From contig CANMRM010000004.1 in NCBI GenBank assembly GCA_947500295.1, positions 185,663-249,662 of the forward strand: a stretch of DNA of 64,000 nt, read 5' to 3'. Below the pieces are notes generated by a model. That model did not search any database. It was not told where the DNA came from and worked only from the letters and a program-made list of their open reading frames with translations. A program made the translations under genes and the position numbers. This DNA is from an uncultured Kordiimonas sp. (GTDB taxonomy: Bacteria; Pseudomonadota; Alphaproteobacteria; Sphingomonadales; Kordiimonadaceae). Shown piece by piece: positions 7,069 through 15,938 of the stretch. Numbering within the stretch: the stretch's first letter is position 1; every line of letters begins with the position of its first letter.

Positions 7069-9612
7069 CTATTCGTTCCAATCAACCGCTTCAAAGAAAC
7101 GGCAGGCCGCCTCGCACTGTCCCATCAGTTGCGGTGTAAGTTTGCCGATTGTATCCCAGTTATCGCCGCGAACATTATATTCAATGGATTGTGCCGCCTC
7201 GGAAAGATGATACGCGCCAATAACGCCGCAACTTCCAGCAATTGAATGGGCAGAATACCGGACCCTTTCAGGGTCCTTGCGGGCAACGGAGATTTCCAAT
7301 TCTCTGATAAAACGCGGGATATCGCGCATGAACATATCAACCAGCACGCGGGAGCGCGCATTGAGATCACCATAGATCTCAAGCAACTTGGTCAGGTCAA
7401 TGCCTGCCTTCTCGGCCTCTTCAATGATTGAAACTTTGCCGGTTTTCGACTTGAGAAGAGGATAATGTTCAAGCACCAACGCTTCATCGTGGCTGGCTTC
7501 CACCCTCCGGCACTCTCCGGGCAGCCATTTATCGAGAGCGCTGGCAAGCGTTGCGATATCAACAGGCTTGCTGACATAATCATCCATGCCAGCCTTGCGG
7601 CTCATCTCAATGTCTTCCGGCAGAAAGCTGGCAGAAAGCGCTATTACTGGCATCCTGTCATTGTTGCCGTTTTCATTTTCACGAAGTTTGCGAACAACGT
7701 CATACCCTTCAATGTCTGGCATGAAGCAATCAATAAAGGCCAGATGGAACATGCCAATGTCTTCAGTCAGTGCTCTAATGGCGTCTCGGCCATTTTCGAC
7801 GATACGCACCGAAATAGACAGATGCTCAAGCATTTTGCGCAGGACAAACTGATTTGTTCGGGAGTCATCCGCCACCAATACTTTGGCACCAGGAAAACGG
7901 ATGCGCGACAAGTTGGCTTGATTGAAGTTTACCTTGTGCGGACCGGACGTTGCGCCATCATGAAGCTCTTGTGATTTCCCAGGGCTGACCAGATTTTTAA
8001 CCCCGGAGATCAGAGCCTCCGACCGGATCACCTTCATGACTATCTGATCAACTTCATAGCCACGCAAGCGGGATATCAAGGACCGGCTGGAACGGCGGAT
8101 CATTACGCCCACAGGGATATCGGTCAGTCGCTCGCGTTCGCGAATTTGACGTAACCAATGGATACAGTGATGATGATCTACAGTTTCATCAATAAGAATG
8201 GCGTCTATCGGCTTCTTTTTTGCAAGTGCCGTAACCAGATTGTCCACGGCCTGCGACGCGTCGCTAACATGCTGAACCTTCGCGCGCTCGTTGTGCAGGA
8301 TCGCAGCCACGGTTTGCATGCTTTTGGTCGCGTCACCGATCAGCATAATTCTCTTGCTGTCCAGTGCGTCCGGGCTGCTGCTTTCATCAGGTTCGCCGTG
8401 AAGCGGGATGGAGAAACGGAAGGTCGAGCCGACATCATGCTCGCTTTCGACTTCGATGGTGCCGTGCATAAGTTCAACAAGCCTGCGGCTGATTGCCAAC
8501 CCCAACCCGGTTCCACCATATTTGCGGCTGCTATCGCTGCTTGCCTGCTCAAAAGGAATATAAAGCCGTGATTGTTGCTCGGCGGTCATGCCGATGCCGG
8601 TATCTTCGATCTCGAACGTCAACCGATGACCGTCTTCGTCTTGTTGCTCGCATGAAACCCGGACAATGATATGTCCCTGGTTTGTGAACTTGATGGCATT
8701 GCCTACGAGGTTAATCAAAACCTGAGAGACGCGCTTGGGGTCGCACTCTACAAGTTCTGGCGCGCCTGGTTTGACATGGACAATCAGTTCCACGTCTTTC
8801 AGCCAGGCACGTGAGGCCAGCTGGTCGACCGCACCGTGGACCATGTCAGCCAGATTGACCGGCTTTTCTGCTATCTGAAGTTTGCCGGCATCGATCTTCG
8901 AGAAGTCCAAAATGTCATCGATAATCTCGAGCAGGTAACCGGCGCTGTCCTGGCAAATTTTGATCAGGGAATGTTGATCTTCGTCTGGTTTGGTATTGGA
9001 CAGAAGTTCCAGGGTACCAAGGATGCCATGCATTGGAGTCCGGATTTCGTGGCTGACAGAGGCCAGGAACAGGGAGCGGGCGGCCGATTTGGCTTCAATG
9101 AACCGGCGGTGGCGCTCACTGCGCTCCAGATCCTGCATGTCAGCATAATTTCTAAGTGCGCCGATAACACTGGTGATCAACCGTTCTTGGGTAAGGTCGG
9201 TTTTCGAGCGATAGTCGTTAATGTCGTATTTCAGAACAACTTCGGCTTCAGGCGCCTGTCCTGGTTGGCCGGTACGCAGAATAATCCGTACCCGGCTGTT
9301 ACCCATTTCATTGCGAATCTTTTCAACAAGCTTCAGGCCGGAGTTGTCACTCTCCATCACGACATCCAGCAGAATGACCGCGATCTCGGGGATATCGGCG
9401 AGCATTTTTTCAGCCTCGGCGGCTGAAAAAGCGCTTAGCAAGTCTATGCGTGCCCCGCGAAAGCCAATGCTGTGCAGATTGAGCTTGGTCAGGGTGTGCA
9501 CTTCAGGTTCATCGTCAACGACGAGAACCTTCCAGTTCTCCGTTGGCGCATCGCCGGGCTCCGCAGGAAGTTCATCGTCCTGCGCGTCAGCAAACAAATA
9601 GTTATCCTGCAT
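7069..9612 (-). CDS. hybrid sensor histidine kinase/response regulator (REC-HisKA-HATPase-pseudoREC-REC-Hpt)
   Basis: N-terminal receiver KVLVVDDEPEV...LLDVVMESD. H-box SHEIRTPMHGILG. ATPase boxes LINLVGNAIKFT, DTGIGM, GGTGLGLAIS. Degenerate receiver-like segment, then a canonical receiver KVLVADDSRTNQ...FIDCFMPDIEG...SKP. C-terminal Hpt with AHSIAGSCG. No TM segment seen. Confidence 0.9.
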   Translation of the reverse strand: MQDNYLFADAQDDELPAEPGDAPTENWKVLVVDDEPEVHTLTKLNLHSIGFRGARIDLLSAFSAAEAEKMLADIPEIAVILLDVVMESDNSGLKLVEKIRNEMGNSRVRIILRTGQPGQAPEAEVVLKYDINDYRSKTDLTQERLITSVIGALRNYADMQDLERSERHRRFIEAKSAARSLFLASVSHEIRTPMHGILGTLELLSNTKPDEDQHSLIKICQDSAGYLLEIIDDILDFSKIDAGKLQIAEKPVNLADMVHGAVDQLASRAWLKDVELIVHVKPGAPELVECDPKRVSQVLINLVGNAIKFTNQGHIIVRVSCEQQDEDGHRLTFEIEDTGIGMTAEQQSRLYIPFEQASSDSSRKYGGTGLGLAISRRLVELMHGTIEVESEHDVGSTFRFSIPLHGEPDESSSPDALDSKRIMLIGDATKSMQTVAAILHNERAKVQHVSDASQAVDNLVTALAKKKPIDAILIDETVDHHHCIHWLRQIRERERLTDIPVGVMIRRSSRSLISRLRGYEVDQIVMKVIRSEALISGVKNLVSPGKSQELHDGATSGPHKVNFNQANLSRIRFPGAKVLVADDSRTNQFVLRKMLEHLSISVRIVENGRDAIRALTEDIGMFHLAFIDCFMPDIEGYDVVRKLRENENGNNDRMPVIALSASFLPEDIEMSRKAGMDDYVSKPVDIATLASALDKWLPGECRRVEASHDEALVLEHYPLLKSKTGKVSIIEEAEKAGIDLTKLLEIYGDLNARSRVLVDMFMRDIPRFIRELEISVARKDPERVRYSAHSIAGSCGVIGAYHLSEAAQSIEYNVRGDNWDTIGKLTPQLMGQCEAACRFFEAVDWNE

Positions 9613-9905
9613 TTACCCCTGATCCGGCTGAGTTACACATAAGCTTAGTTACCCTAATCGGGATACAACCATAAGGAAAGAAAGTTTCGCAACTTATATC
9701 GAAGGCTTTCGACATAGGCCAGCCCATTTTAATTTTCGTTGCACGACGCCTTCCTTACTTAGTGTCAGCTAGGACAGGCAACGATAGAGACAAGTGTTGT
9801 GCAGCACATTTTTAGTATGTTCAGCGCTCTAACTTATTGCGCCGAGTTGCTGCAATTCGCGTATAGATTGAGTGGGCGGATGATTGTTCGCTTAATGACC
9901 TGGTT

Positions 9906-10244
9906 TTAACTTTCGGTACAGTCCCGGTTTTGGTCAGAGGTCTTGAGCGTGATAATCCGTTCAGGATCCGGGCTAGATGTACTGATAACGATATCAGGGT
10001 TTGCTCGACAAGTTTTGCAGAGGGCGGGGCGCTTTCCAATGACATATTTGTCCCAGATATTCATCTTGGAGTAGTGGCCACATTGACGACATCTGACCCG
10101 TGGTAACTTTATTATAAACAGAATGAATATTGTGGCGGCATTGGCGAGCAGAACATACACAATAGTATGAGAGTCGGTATGCACTGTCAGGGGTATGGCG
10201 ATACCAAACAGAAGTACTCCTATTATTTTGTTCGCCAAGGTCAT
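9906..10244 (-). CDS. hypothetical small membrane protein with C-terminal zinc-ribbon-like CxxC...CxxC
   Basis: Two hydrophobic helices followed by CRQCGH...CKTCR. AT-rich codons (several ATA) are atypical for this window. No clear SD. Lies in an AT-rich gap. Confidence 0.35.
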   Translation of the reverse strand: MTLANKIIGVLLFGIAIPLTVHTDSHTIVYVLLANAATIFILFIIKLPRVRCRQCGHYSKMNIWDKYVIGKRPALCKTCRANPDIVISTSSPDPERIITLKTSDQNRDCTES

Positions 10245-10764
10245 ATGGGCTATAGCTGTTTTTCCGGCGGGTCAATGTTGCGTGTTGGTTCCAAGGCCTT
10301 TCCAGGGTCATCTGCTGTTCCATCCATTCAGCGCACGGACGGAGGCCTGCATGTTGATTTGCTAGCCTAGATCGCAATCGAAGTCGCGTATCAAATTGTA
10401 AAAAAGTGTCGCCTATTCGAAAAGGTTTGGCAGTTTTGTCGCGACATGGCCAGGCTGTAGACAAATCTGCCAAGAAGCGCTGTGCGTCACCTGTATTTGG
10501 CCAAAGCGTCGCATCGTATTTCTATCCAAACAGCTTGGTGTCGGTGTCGCTGTTTCTGGGGCGATATGGGAAATCATGGTTGCAGCCCGCAACAAGCTGC
10601 TCAGTTTTATGGTAATCATCAGGTTTGGGCTGTCTCGGTCCAAAGTGTCTTGATCAGGTAATATGTGTGAGAACAAATAGTAAACAAAAGGATGTAAGAT
10701 ACTGTAAAATATATAATATTAAAGGGATATGGGTTGGATTGAGGTTAAATTTCTTATTAGTATT

Positions 10765-10811
10765 TCCCATGAAATCCCATTGACCATAAGCTATTTCCCA
10801 TGATATCCCAT
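10765..10811. promoter_or_regulatory. candidate MraZ operator: four TCCCAT (= ATGGGA) boxes in two 10-bp-spaced pairs
   Basis: TCCCAT at 10765, 10775, 10796 and 10806, lying 88-134 nt upstream of the mraZ ATG. E. coli MraZ is known to bind TGGGN direct repeats with 10-bp periodicity upstream of mraZ. Confidence 0.5.
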
Positions 10812-10898
10812 GAAAGTTCGGATGACGATCCGGATGCTCGTGGTGTTTGTGCTCGTTGAGCAGCCTGCGGGGGGAGGAAAGCGGGGGCTTGTGGGACA

Positions 10899-11378
10899 AT
10901 GGCGTTATTCCTGTCCACATTTGAAAACAAGGTTGACAAGAAAGGGCGTGTTTCTGTCCCTGCGTCTTTTCGTACAGCCGTTGCTTCCAGCCATTTTCAA
11001 GGCGTTGCTGTCTACCGGCACCTGAGTTTGCCCTGCGTCGAAGGCGCTGATATCTCATTTTTGGAACAGTTGTCCGACCAACTCTATGAAGGGTTTGGCC
11101 CTTTCGATACGGACCAGTTGTCCGTTGCGACGTCGATACTGGCTGAGTCCAACCAGTTGGGCTTCGATTCTGAAGGCCGAATTCTACTGCCTGCCCCCAT
11201 GCGGGAATTTATGGGTGTCGAAGGTTTTGCAACCTTTGTTGGCCTCGGCCGTAAGTTTCAGATCTGGGCGCCTGAGGCCTTTGCCGAGCACAGAGCCCGA
11301 CAGCGTGACATTGCCGCCGACAAGATTACGGCTCTTCCGCCATTCGGCAAGCGCGATGGCGCAGGGGGACGGCCATGA
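10899..11378 (+). CDS. mraZ: division/cell wall cluster transcriptional regulator MraZ
   Basis: MALFLSTFENKVDKKGRVSVPASFR plus a second SpoVT/AbrB-like repeat DSEGRILLPAPMREF. First gene of the dcw cluster. Confidence 0.95.
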   Translation: MALFLSTFENKVDKKGRVSVPASFRTAVASSHFQGVAVYRHLSLPCVEGADISFLEQLSDQLYEGFGPFDTDQLSVATSILAESNQLGFDSEGRILLPAPMREFMGVEGFATFVGLGRKFQIWAPEAFAEHRARQRDIAADKITALPPFGKRDGAGGRP

Positions 11379-12376
11379 GCGCCCCCCGTTTTGAACAGAA
11401 ATTAGCCGGTCAACATATCCCTGTCTTGATGAATGAAGTTGTCGCCGCGATGCGGCCCGCGCCAGGTGAGATATATGTCGACGGTACGTTTGGTGCAGGT
11501 GGGTACAGTAGGGCGGTGCTTGAAAGTGCCGACTGCCACATCGTGGCCATTGACCGTGATCCGCAAGCCATTGAACGCGCCGATGACCTGTCGACCGAAT
11601 TTGGCGAGCGTTTTACAATACTGTCGGGTTGTTTTGGTGACATGGACAGGCTGCTTGCTGCAGCTGACCTCGGGCCCGTTGACGGTGTCATGCTGGATAT
11701 CGGCGTGTCCTCGTTTCAGCTGGATGATGCTGAACGCGGTTTCTCCTTTCAGGAAGATGGCCCGCTCGATATGCGGATGAGCGCTGACGGCGAAAGCGCA
11801 GCTGATGTCGTGAACACCTACGACGAAACAGATCTGGCAGATATCATCTATCAATTTGGTGAAGAGCGAAAGTCGCGCCGGATTGCTGCGGCAATTGTAA
11901 GGCGCCGGGAAGATCAGCCGTTTGAGAGGACGCTGGACCTTGCGCAACTCGTTGAGTCAGTCGTTGGCAGGCCTCCCGTTAAAAAGGGCCGAAAGGCCGT
12001 GCACCCAGCGACACGTACGTTTCAGGCTTTGCGCATACATGTAAACGATGAGCTCGGAGAACTGAAGCGGGGGCTGGCTGCGGCAGAAATTGTTCTTAAG
12101 CCAAATGGTCGCCTTGTGGTCGTTAGTTTTCACTCTCTTGAAGATCGCCTGGTTAAATCTTTTATGGCGGAGCGGTCCGGTCACGTGCCGGCCGCATCCC
12201 GCCATGTCCCTATGCATGACCAGCAAAAGGCACCCCCGTCGTTCCATCTCGAGAAGCGCGGCGTGACAAAACCGAGTGCTGAAGAAGAAGCGCAAAACCC
12301 TCGCGCGCGCTCTGCAAAGCTGCGTGTAGCGATCCGAACTGACGCCCCGGCCATGAAGGAGGTGTTTCATGCGTAA
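11375..12376 (+). CDS. rsmH: 16S rRNA (cytosine1402-N4)-methyltransferase
   Basis: HIPVLMNEVV, DGTFGAGGYS, DIGVSSFQLD, FHSLEDR motifs. 4-nt overlap with mraZ. Confidence 0.95.
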   Translation: MSAPRFEQKLAGQHIPVLMNEVVAAMRPAPGEIYVDGTFGAGGYSRAVLESADCHIVAIDRDPQAIERADDLSTEFGERFTILSGCFGDMDRLLAAADLGPVDGVMLDIGVSSFQLDDAERGFSFQEDGPLDMRMSADGESAADVVNTYDETDLADIIYQFGEERKSRRIAAAIVRRREDQPFERTLDLAQLVESVVGRPPVKKGRKAVHPATRTFQALRIHVNDELGELKRGLAAAEIVLKPNGRLVVVSFHSLEDRLVKSFMAERSGHVPAASRHVPMHDQQKAPPSFHLEKRGVTKPSAEEEAQNPRARSAKLRVAIRTDAPAMKEVFHA

Positions 12377-12764
12377 GACTTTCGCCGCCATAGCAGCTTT
12401 TTGTGCCCTGATGACAGGGGCAGCCCTCATGCAGCTCAAGTTGGCTGTACAGGAGCAGGCCGACAAGGTCGCTGCCCTCGCAGACCAGATTCATCAGGAT
12501 GAGGAAAGTTTGCGCATCCTGGAGGCTGAGTGGGCGTATCTGACATCGCCGCAAGCTCTGCAGGAGCAGTCTATTGAGTTTCTTGCGCTTATGCCGCCGA
12601 CACCAAGGCAAGTTATTGAAACAGCAAAAGATATTCCAATGAGGCGGAGCGACGAAGTTATCAGGGAAGACTCCTCGGTCTTGCTGCCAACGGCGCAAAC
12701 GCCTCCGGAAAAGCCCGCCGATAACGAGACCAACGCGAAGGATAAAAGGAAAAAAGCGCTATGA
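12369..12764 (+). CDS. ftsL: cell division protein FtsL (alphaproteobacterial type)
   Basis: 131 aa with a single N-terminal TM segment followed by a coiled coil. Position between rsmH and ftsI, overlapping both neighbours. Confidence 0.75.
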   Translation: MRKTFAAIAAFCALMTGAALMQLKLAVQEQADKVAALADQIHQDEESLRILEAEWAYLTSPQALQEQSIEFLALMPPTPRQVIETAKDIPMRRSDEVIREDSSVLLPTAQTPPEKPADNETNAKDKRKKAL

Positions 12765-14455
12765 GTTTCGCGCGTGCCCAAACGTTCCGTTTTGATTCAG
12801 GGCCTGTAAACGAGGACCTGTCGCCGATGACGATCGCCAGAAGTCGACTGATGATAGGCGTTTTGTTGTTTTTGGGTGCCTTTGTTCTCATGGGTGTGCG
12901 CACCATGGAGCTCGGGATGTCATCTCCGGCGGCGCAGCGCACGGCGGCGCGTGAGATCATTGTGCCAACAGTGACTTTTGCCCGGTCCGATATTGTGGAC
13001 CGAAACGGCGAGCTGCTCGCTGCAAATCTTCAAACCTCGTCCTTGTATGCCAACCCGCGCAAAATCAAGAATGCAAGGGAGCTGGCAGGTGCTCTGGAAC
13101 AAATACTACCCGGCCTGTCGCGGTCCGAGCTGGAGCAAAAACTGTCTTCGAGCCGCAGTTTTGTCTGGATCAAGCGAAAGCTTACACCAAGACAAAAATG
13201 GCAGGTCAATGCTCTGGGTGAACCAGCCCTGAACTTTCGGGATGAGGAAGATCGTCTCTACCCTCACGGGCGACTGGCGTCTCACGCCCTTGGTTATGTC
13301 GACATTGATGGCAAGGGCATCGCTGGTGTTGAACATTATTTCAATGACCGATTGTCTGAGGCTGGCCGAACCATGGAGCCTTTGGCGTTATCTCTTGATG
13401 TCCGTGTGCAATATGCGCTCGCTGATGAGTTGGAGGCTGCCATGCGCGCGCACCAGGCAATCGGCGCAGCCGGCCTGGTGATGGACGTCAATACCGGCGA
13501 AATTATTGCTATGGTTTCAATGCCGGATTTTGACCCCAACAATGTTCGCGGCGTTGGCGACACGGAAAAATTCAACCGCGCAACCAAAGGTGTTTACGAG
13601 CTTGGGTCGACTTTCAAAACCTTCACGTTTGCCAATGCGCTTGATGACGGTATCGCAACCTTTGATGACGGATACGATGCCACCAAGCCATTGCGTATTT
13701 CGAGGTTTACGATCAATGACGATCATCCCAAAAAACGGTATCTGACGCTGCCCGAGATATTCGCTTTTTCTTCCAACATTGGCACAGCGCAGCTTGCCCT
13801 TGATATTGGTGGCGAACGCCAGCAGGATTTCCTGCAGTCATTGGGGCTGTTGTCGCCGGCCAGCCTGGAGCTCACCGAAGTGGGGGCTCCTATGTATCCG
13901 ACGACCTGGCGCAAAGTTTCGACGATGACGATTTCATATGGCCATGGCATCGCGGTCAGTCCTGTTCAGCTTGCGTCCGGCATTTCCTCAATGGTGAATG
14001 GCGGCAGGTTGAATGCGCCCACATTGCTTAAGTCCGGCGACAATTGGGACAACGGTCGGCAGGTTATATCGCCAGCGACCAGCCGCCAGATGCGGCAACT
14101 GCTCAGGCTGGCTGTTACCAAAGGCACGGGCGGTCGCTCAGACGCTCGCGGCTACCGGGTGGGTGGCAAAACAGGCACTGCAGAAAAAGCAAGCGGCGGG
14201 GGGTATGACCGCAAAGCTCTCATATCGTCTTTCATGGGCGTTTACCCCATGGACGACCCTCAATATGCCGTATTTGCGCTGTTGGATGAACCAAAAGGCA
14301 CCAAAGAAACCTTTGGGTTTGCGTCCGGTGGCTGGGTGGCGGCGCCTGTGGTGAAGAATGTGATTTTGCGTACTGCTCCGCTGCTTGGAGTGCTGCCCAA
14401 AGAAGAGGATGAGGGGCTCTATCAGAGAGTTGCCTTGATGATCGACGACGACTGA
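12761..14455 (+). CDS. ftsI: peptidoglycan D,D-transpeptidase FtsI (PBP3)
   Basis: N-terminal TM segment. Transpeptidase motifs STFK, SSN and KTGT. dcw position. Confidence 0.9.
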   Translation: MSFARAQTFRFDSGPVNEDLSPMTIARSRLMIGVLLFLGAFVLMGVRTMELGMSSPAAQRTAAREIIVPTVTFARSDIVDRNGELLAANLQTSSLYANPRKIKNARELAGALEQILPGLSRSELEQKLSSSRSFVWIKRKLTPRQKWQVNALGEPALNFRDEEDRLYPHGRLASHALGYVDIDGKGIAGVEHYFNDRLSEAGRTMEPLALSLDVRVQYALADELEAAMRAHQAIGAAGLVMDVNTGEIIAMVSMPDFDPNNVRGVGDTEKFNRATKGVYELGSTFKTFTFANALDDGIATFDDGYDATKPLRISRFTINDDHPKKRYLTLPEIFAFSSNIGTAQLALDIGGERQQDFLQSLGLLSPASLELTEVGAPMYPTTWRKVSTMTISYGHGIAVSPVQLASGISSMVNGGRLNAPTLLKSGDNWDNGRQVISPATSRQMRQLLRLAVTKGTGGRSDARGYRVGGKTGTAEKASGGGYDRKALISSFMGVYPMDDPQYAVFALLDEPKGTKETFGFASGGWVAAPVVKNVILRTAPLLGVLPKEEDEGLYQRVALMIDDD

Positions 14456-14467
14456 AGAGGTCAAAGA

Positions 14468-15934
14468 GTGGCAACAAGTCTGTTGCAATTGCTGGGTGGT
14501 GATCTTGTGGCCAAGGATGTTGTCATCAGTGGATTGACGAATGACAGCCGGCGTGTGGGCCCTGGTGACTTGTTTGCGGCCTTGCCTGGATCCGGCGTAG
14601 ATGGTCGAAAATTTATACCCGAAGCTATTGAACAAGGTGCTGCAGCGATCCTGACAACCAGCGTTGGGGAAATGGATTCTTGCAATATTCCTGTCGTCAC
14701 AGATGCCAATCCACGTCGCCGTTATGCAGAGTTGGCTGCCCGGTTTTGTGGGCCGCAACCTGCGTTCCAGGTGGCGGTTACCGGAACAAATGGCAAGACC
14801 TCTGTTGCTGAATTCACCAGACAAATATGGCGCCATTCAGGATTGCAGGCTGCCAGCGTCGGCACACTCGGGGTCCGCGCGCAAACAAAGAATACAACTG
14901 GTGGCTTGACGACACCGGATCCAATGGAACTTCACGCTGCTTTGGCCGATCTCACCAAAAATGGCGTGAGCAACGTGGCTGTTGAGGCATCCAGCCATGG
15001 TCTGGATCAATATCGACTGGATGGCATGCAGTTTCAAGCAGCGGCCTTTACCAACCTGACCAGAGATCATCTGGACTACCACAAGACGGAGCAGGCCTAT
15101 TTTTATGCCAAGGCCCGGCTTTTTGGGGAGCTTCTTGCGCCGGGCGCGACAGCCGTAATCAACACAGATGATAGTTGGGGCGCGATACTCGACGACATCG
15201 CCTGGGGACGTTCGCTCAGCCGGATAACTTTTGGTCGCGGCGAAAAGGCAGTACTCAGGCTTCTTGGTGCGGTGCCGACCAGCCGCGGCCAGCAGCTTCG
15301 AATTGCCTATGGTGGCAACGAATATGAAACTGAACTGGCTCTCATCGGGGAATTTCAGGCGTGGAATGCATTGGCTGCAGCTGGCCTGGTTTTGTCTGGC
15401 GGTGCAGACCTGCCAGATATTTTGGCCGCACTGCCAAAGCTTGAAGGCGTTCCGGGTCGCCTTGAATTGATTGGAACGATTAACGGTGCGAGCATATTCG
15501 TGGATTATGCTCACACACCGGATGGACTGCGGACCGTGTTGAATGCGGTGCGTGCCCACCAGCCTGCCCGCCTGCATGTCATATTCGGGTGCGGCGGAGA
15601 CCGCGACAGTGGAAAACGGCCTCAAATGGGGCATATCGCCAGTGAACTCGCCGACGCAGTTTATGTGACAGATGACAATCCGCGATCAGAAAACCCTGGC
15701 AAAATTCGGCAAGAGATACTGGATGCCTGCCCGGGCGCACTCGAGTTTGCGGACAGGTCGACTGCCATTGAGGCAGCTGCAAACGCAGCCAATCCGGGTG
15801 ATATGGTCATAGTTGCGGGAAAAGGGCACGAAACCGGCCAAACATTTGCGGACGGTACGATTGAGTATTCGGACATCGAAACTGTTCGGGCGTTAACAGG
15901 CGCGGTGTCTCACGCCGTACAAGGGAAGGTATAA
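14468..15934 (+). CDS. murE: UDP-N-acetylmuramoyl-L-alanyl-D-glutamate--2,6-diaminopimelate ligase
   Basis: GTNGKTS P-loop and the DNPR motif ([10 protein letters not shown]) indicating meso-DAP specificity. GTG start. 488 aa, so not a MurE-MurF fusion. Confidence 0.95.
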   Translation: MATSLLQLLGGDLVAKDVVISGLTNDSRRVGPGDLFAALPGSGVDGRKFIPEAIEQGAAAILTTSVGEMDSCNIPVVTDANPRRRYAELAARFCGPQPAFQVAVTGTNGKTSVAEFTRQIWRHSGLQAASVGTLGVRAQTKNTTGGLTTPDPMELHAALADLTKNGVSNVAVEASSHGLDQYRLDGMQFQAAAFTNLTRDHLDYHKTEQAYFYAKARLFGELLAPGATAVINTDDSWGAILDDIAWGRSLSRITFGRGEKAVLRLLGAVPTSRGQQLRIAYGGNEYETELALIGEFQAWNALAAAGLVLSGGADLPDILAALPKLEGVPGRLELIGTINGASIFVDYAHTPDGLRTVLNAVRAHQPARLHVIFGCGGDRDSGKRPQMGHIASELADAVYVTDDNPRSENPGKIRQEILDACPGALEFADRSTAIEAAANAANPGDMVIVAGKGHETGQTFADGTIEYSDIETVRALTGAVSHAVQGKV

Positions 15935-15938
15935 GAAC

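Noticed and set aside
9994-10473. 159-aa minus-strand ORF in the AT-rich gap
   Set aside because: Its composition (Trp/Arg/Cys/His-rich, no hydrophobic core pattern) does not look protein-like. It overlaps the more plausible 112-aa membrane/zinc-ribbon ORF in another frame.
10654-11058. 134-aa minus-strand ORF, plus small plus-strand ORFs overlapping the mraZ upstream region and 5' end
   Set aside because: They overlap mraZ and its repeat-containing operator region. The sequence is dominated by translated repeats (HGISWE, MGNT).
14138-15634. 232-aa and 265-aa minus-strand ORFs across ftsI and murE
   Set aside because: They are antisense to conserved dcw genes. The same applies to 17324-17956, 18327-18860, 19470-20180, 21266-21928, 25078-25707 and 26270-26884.
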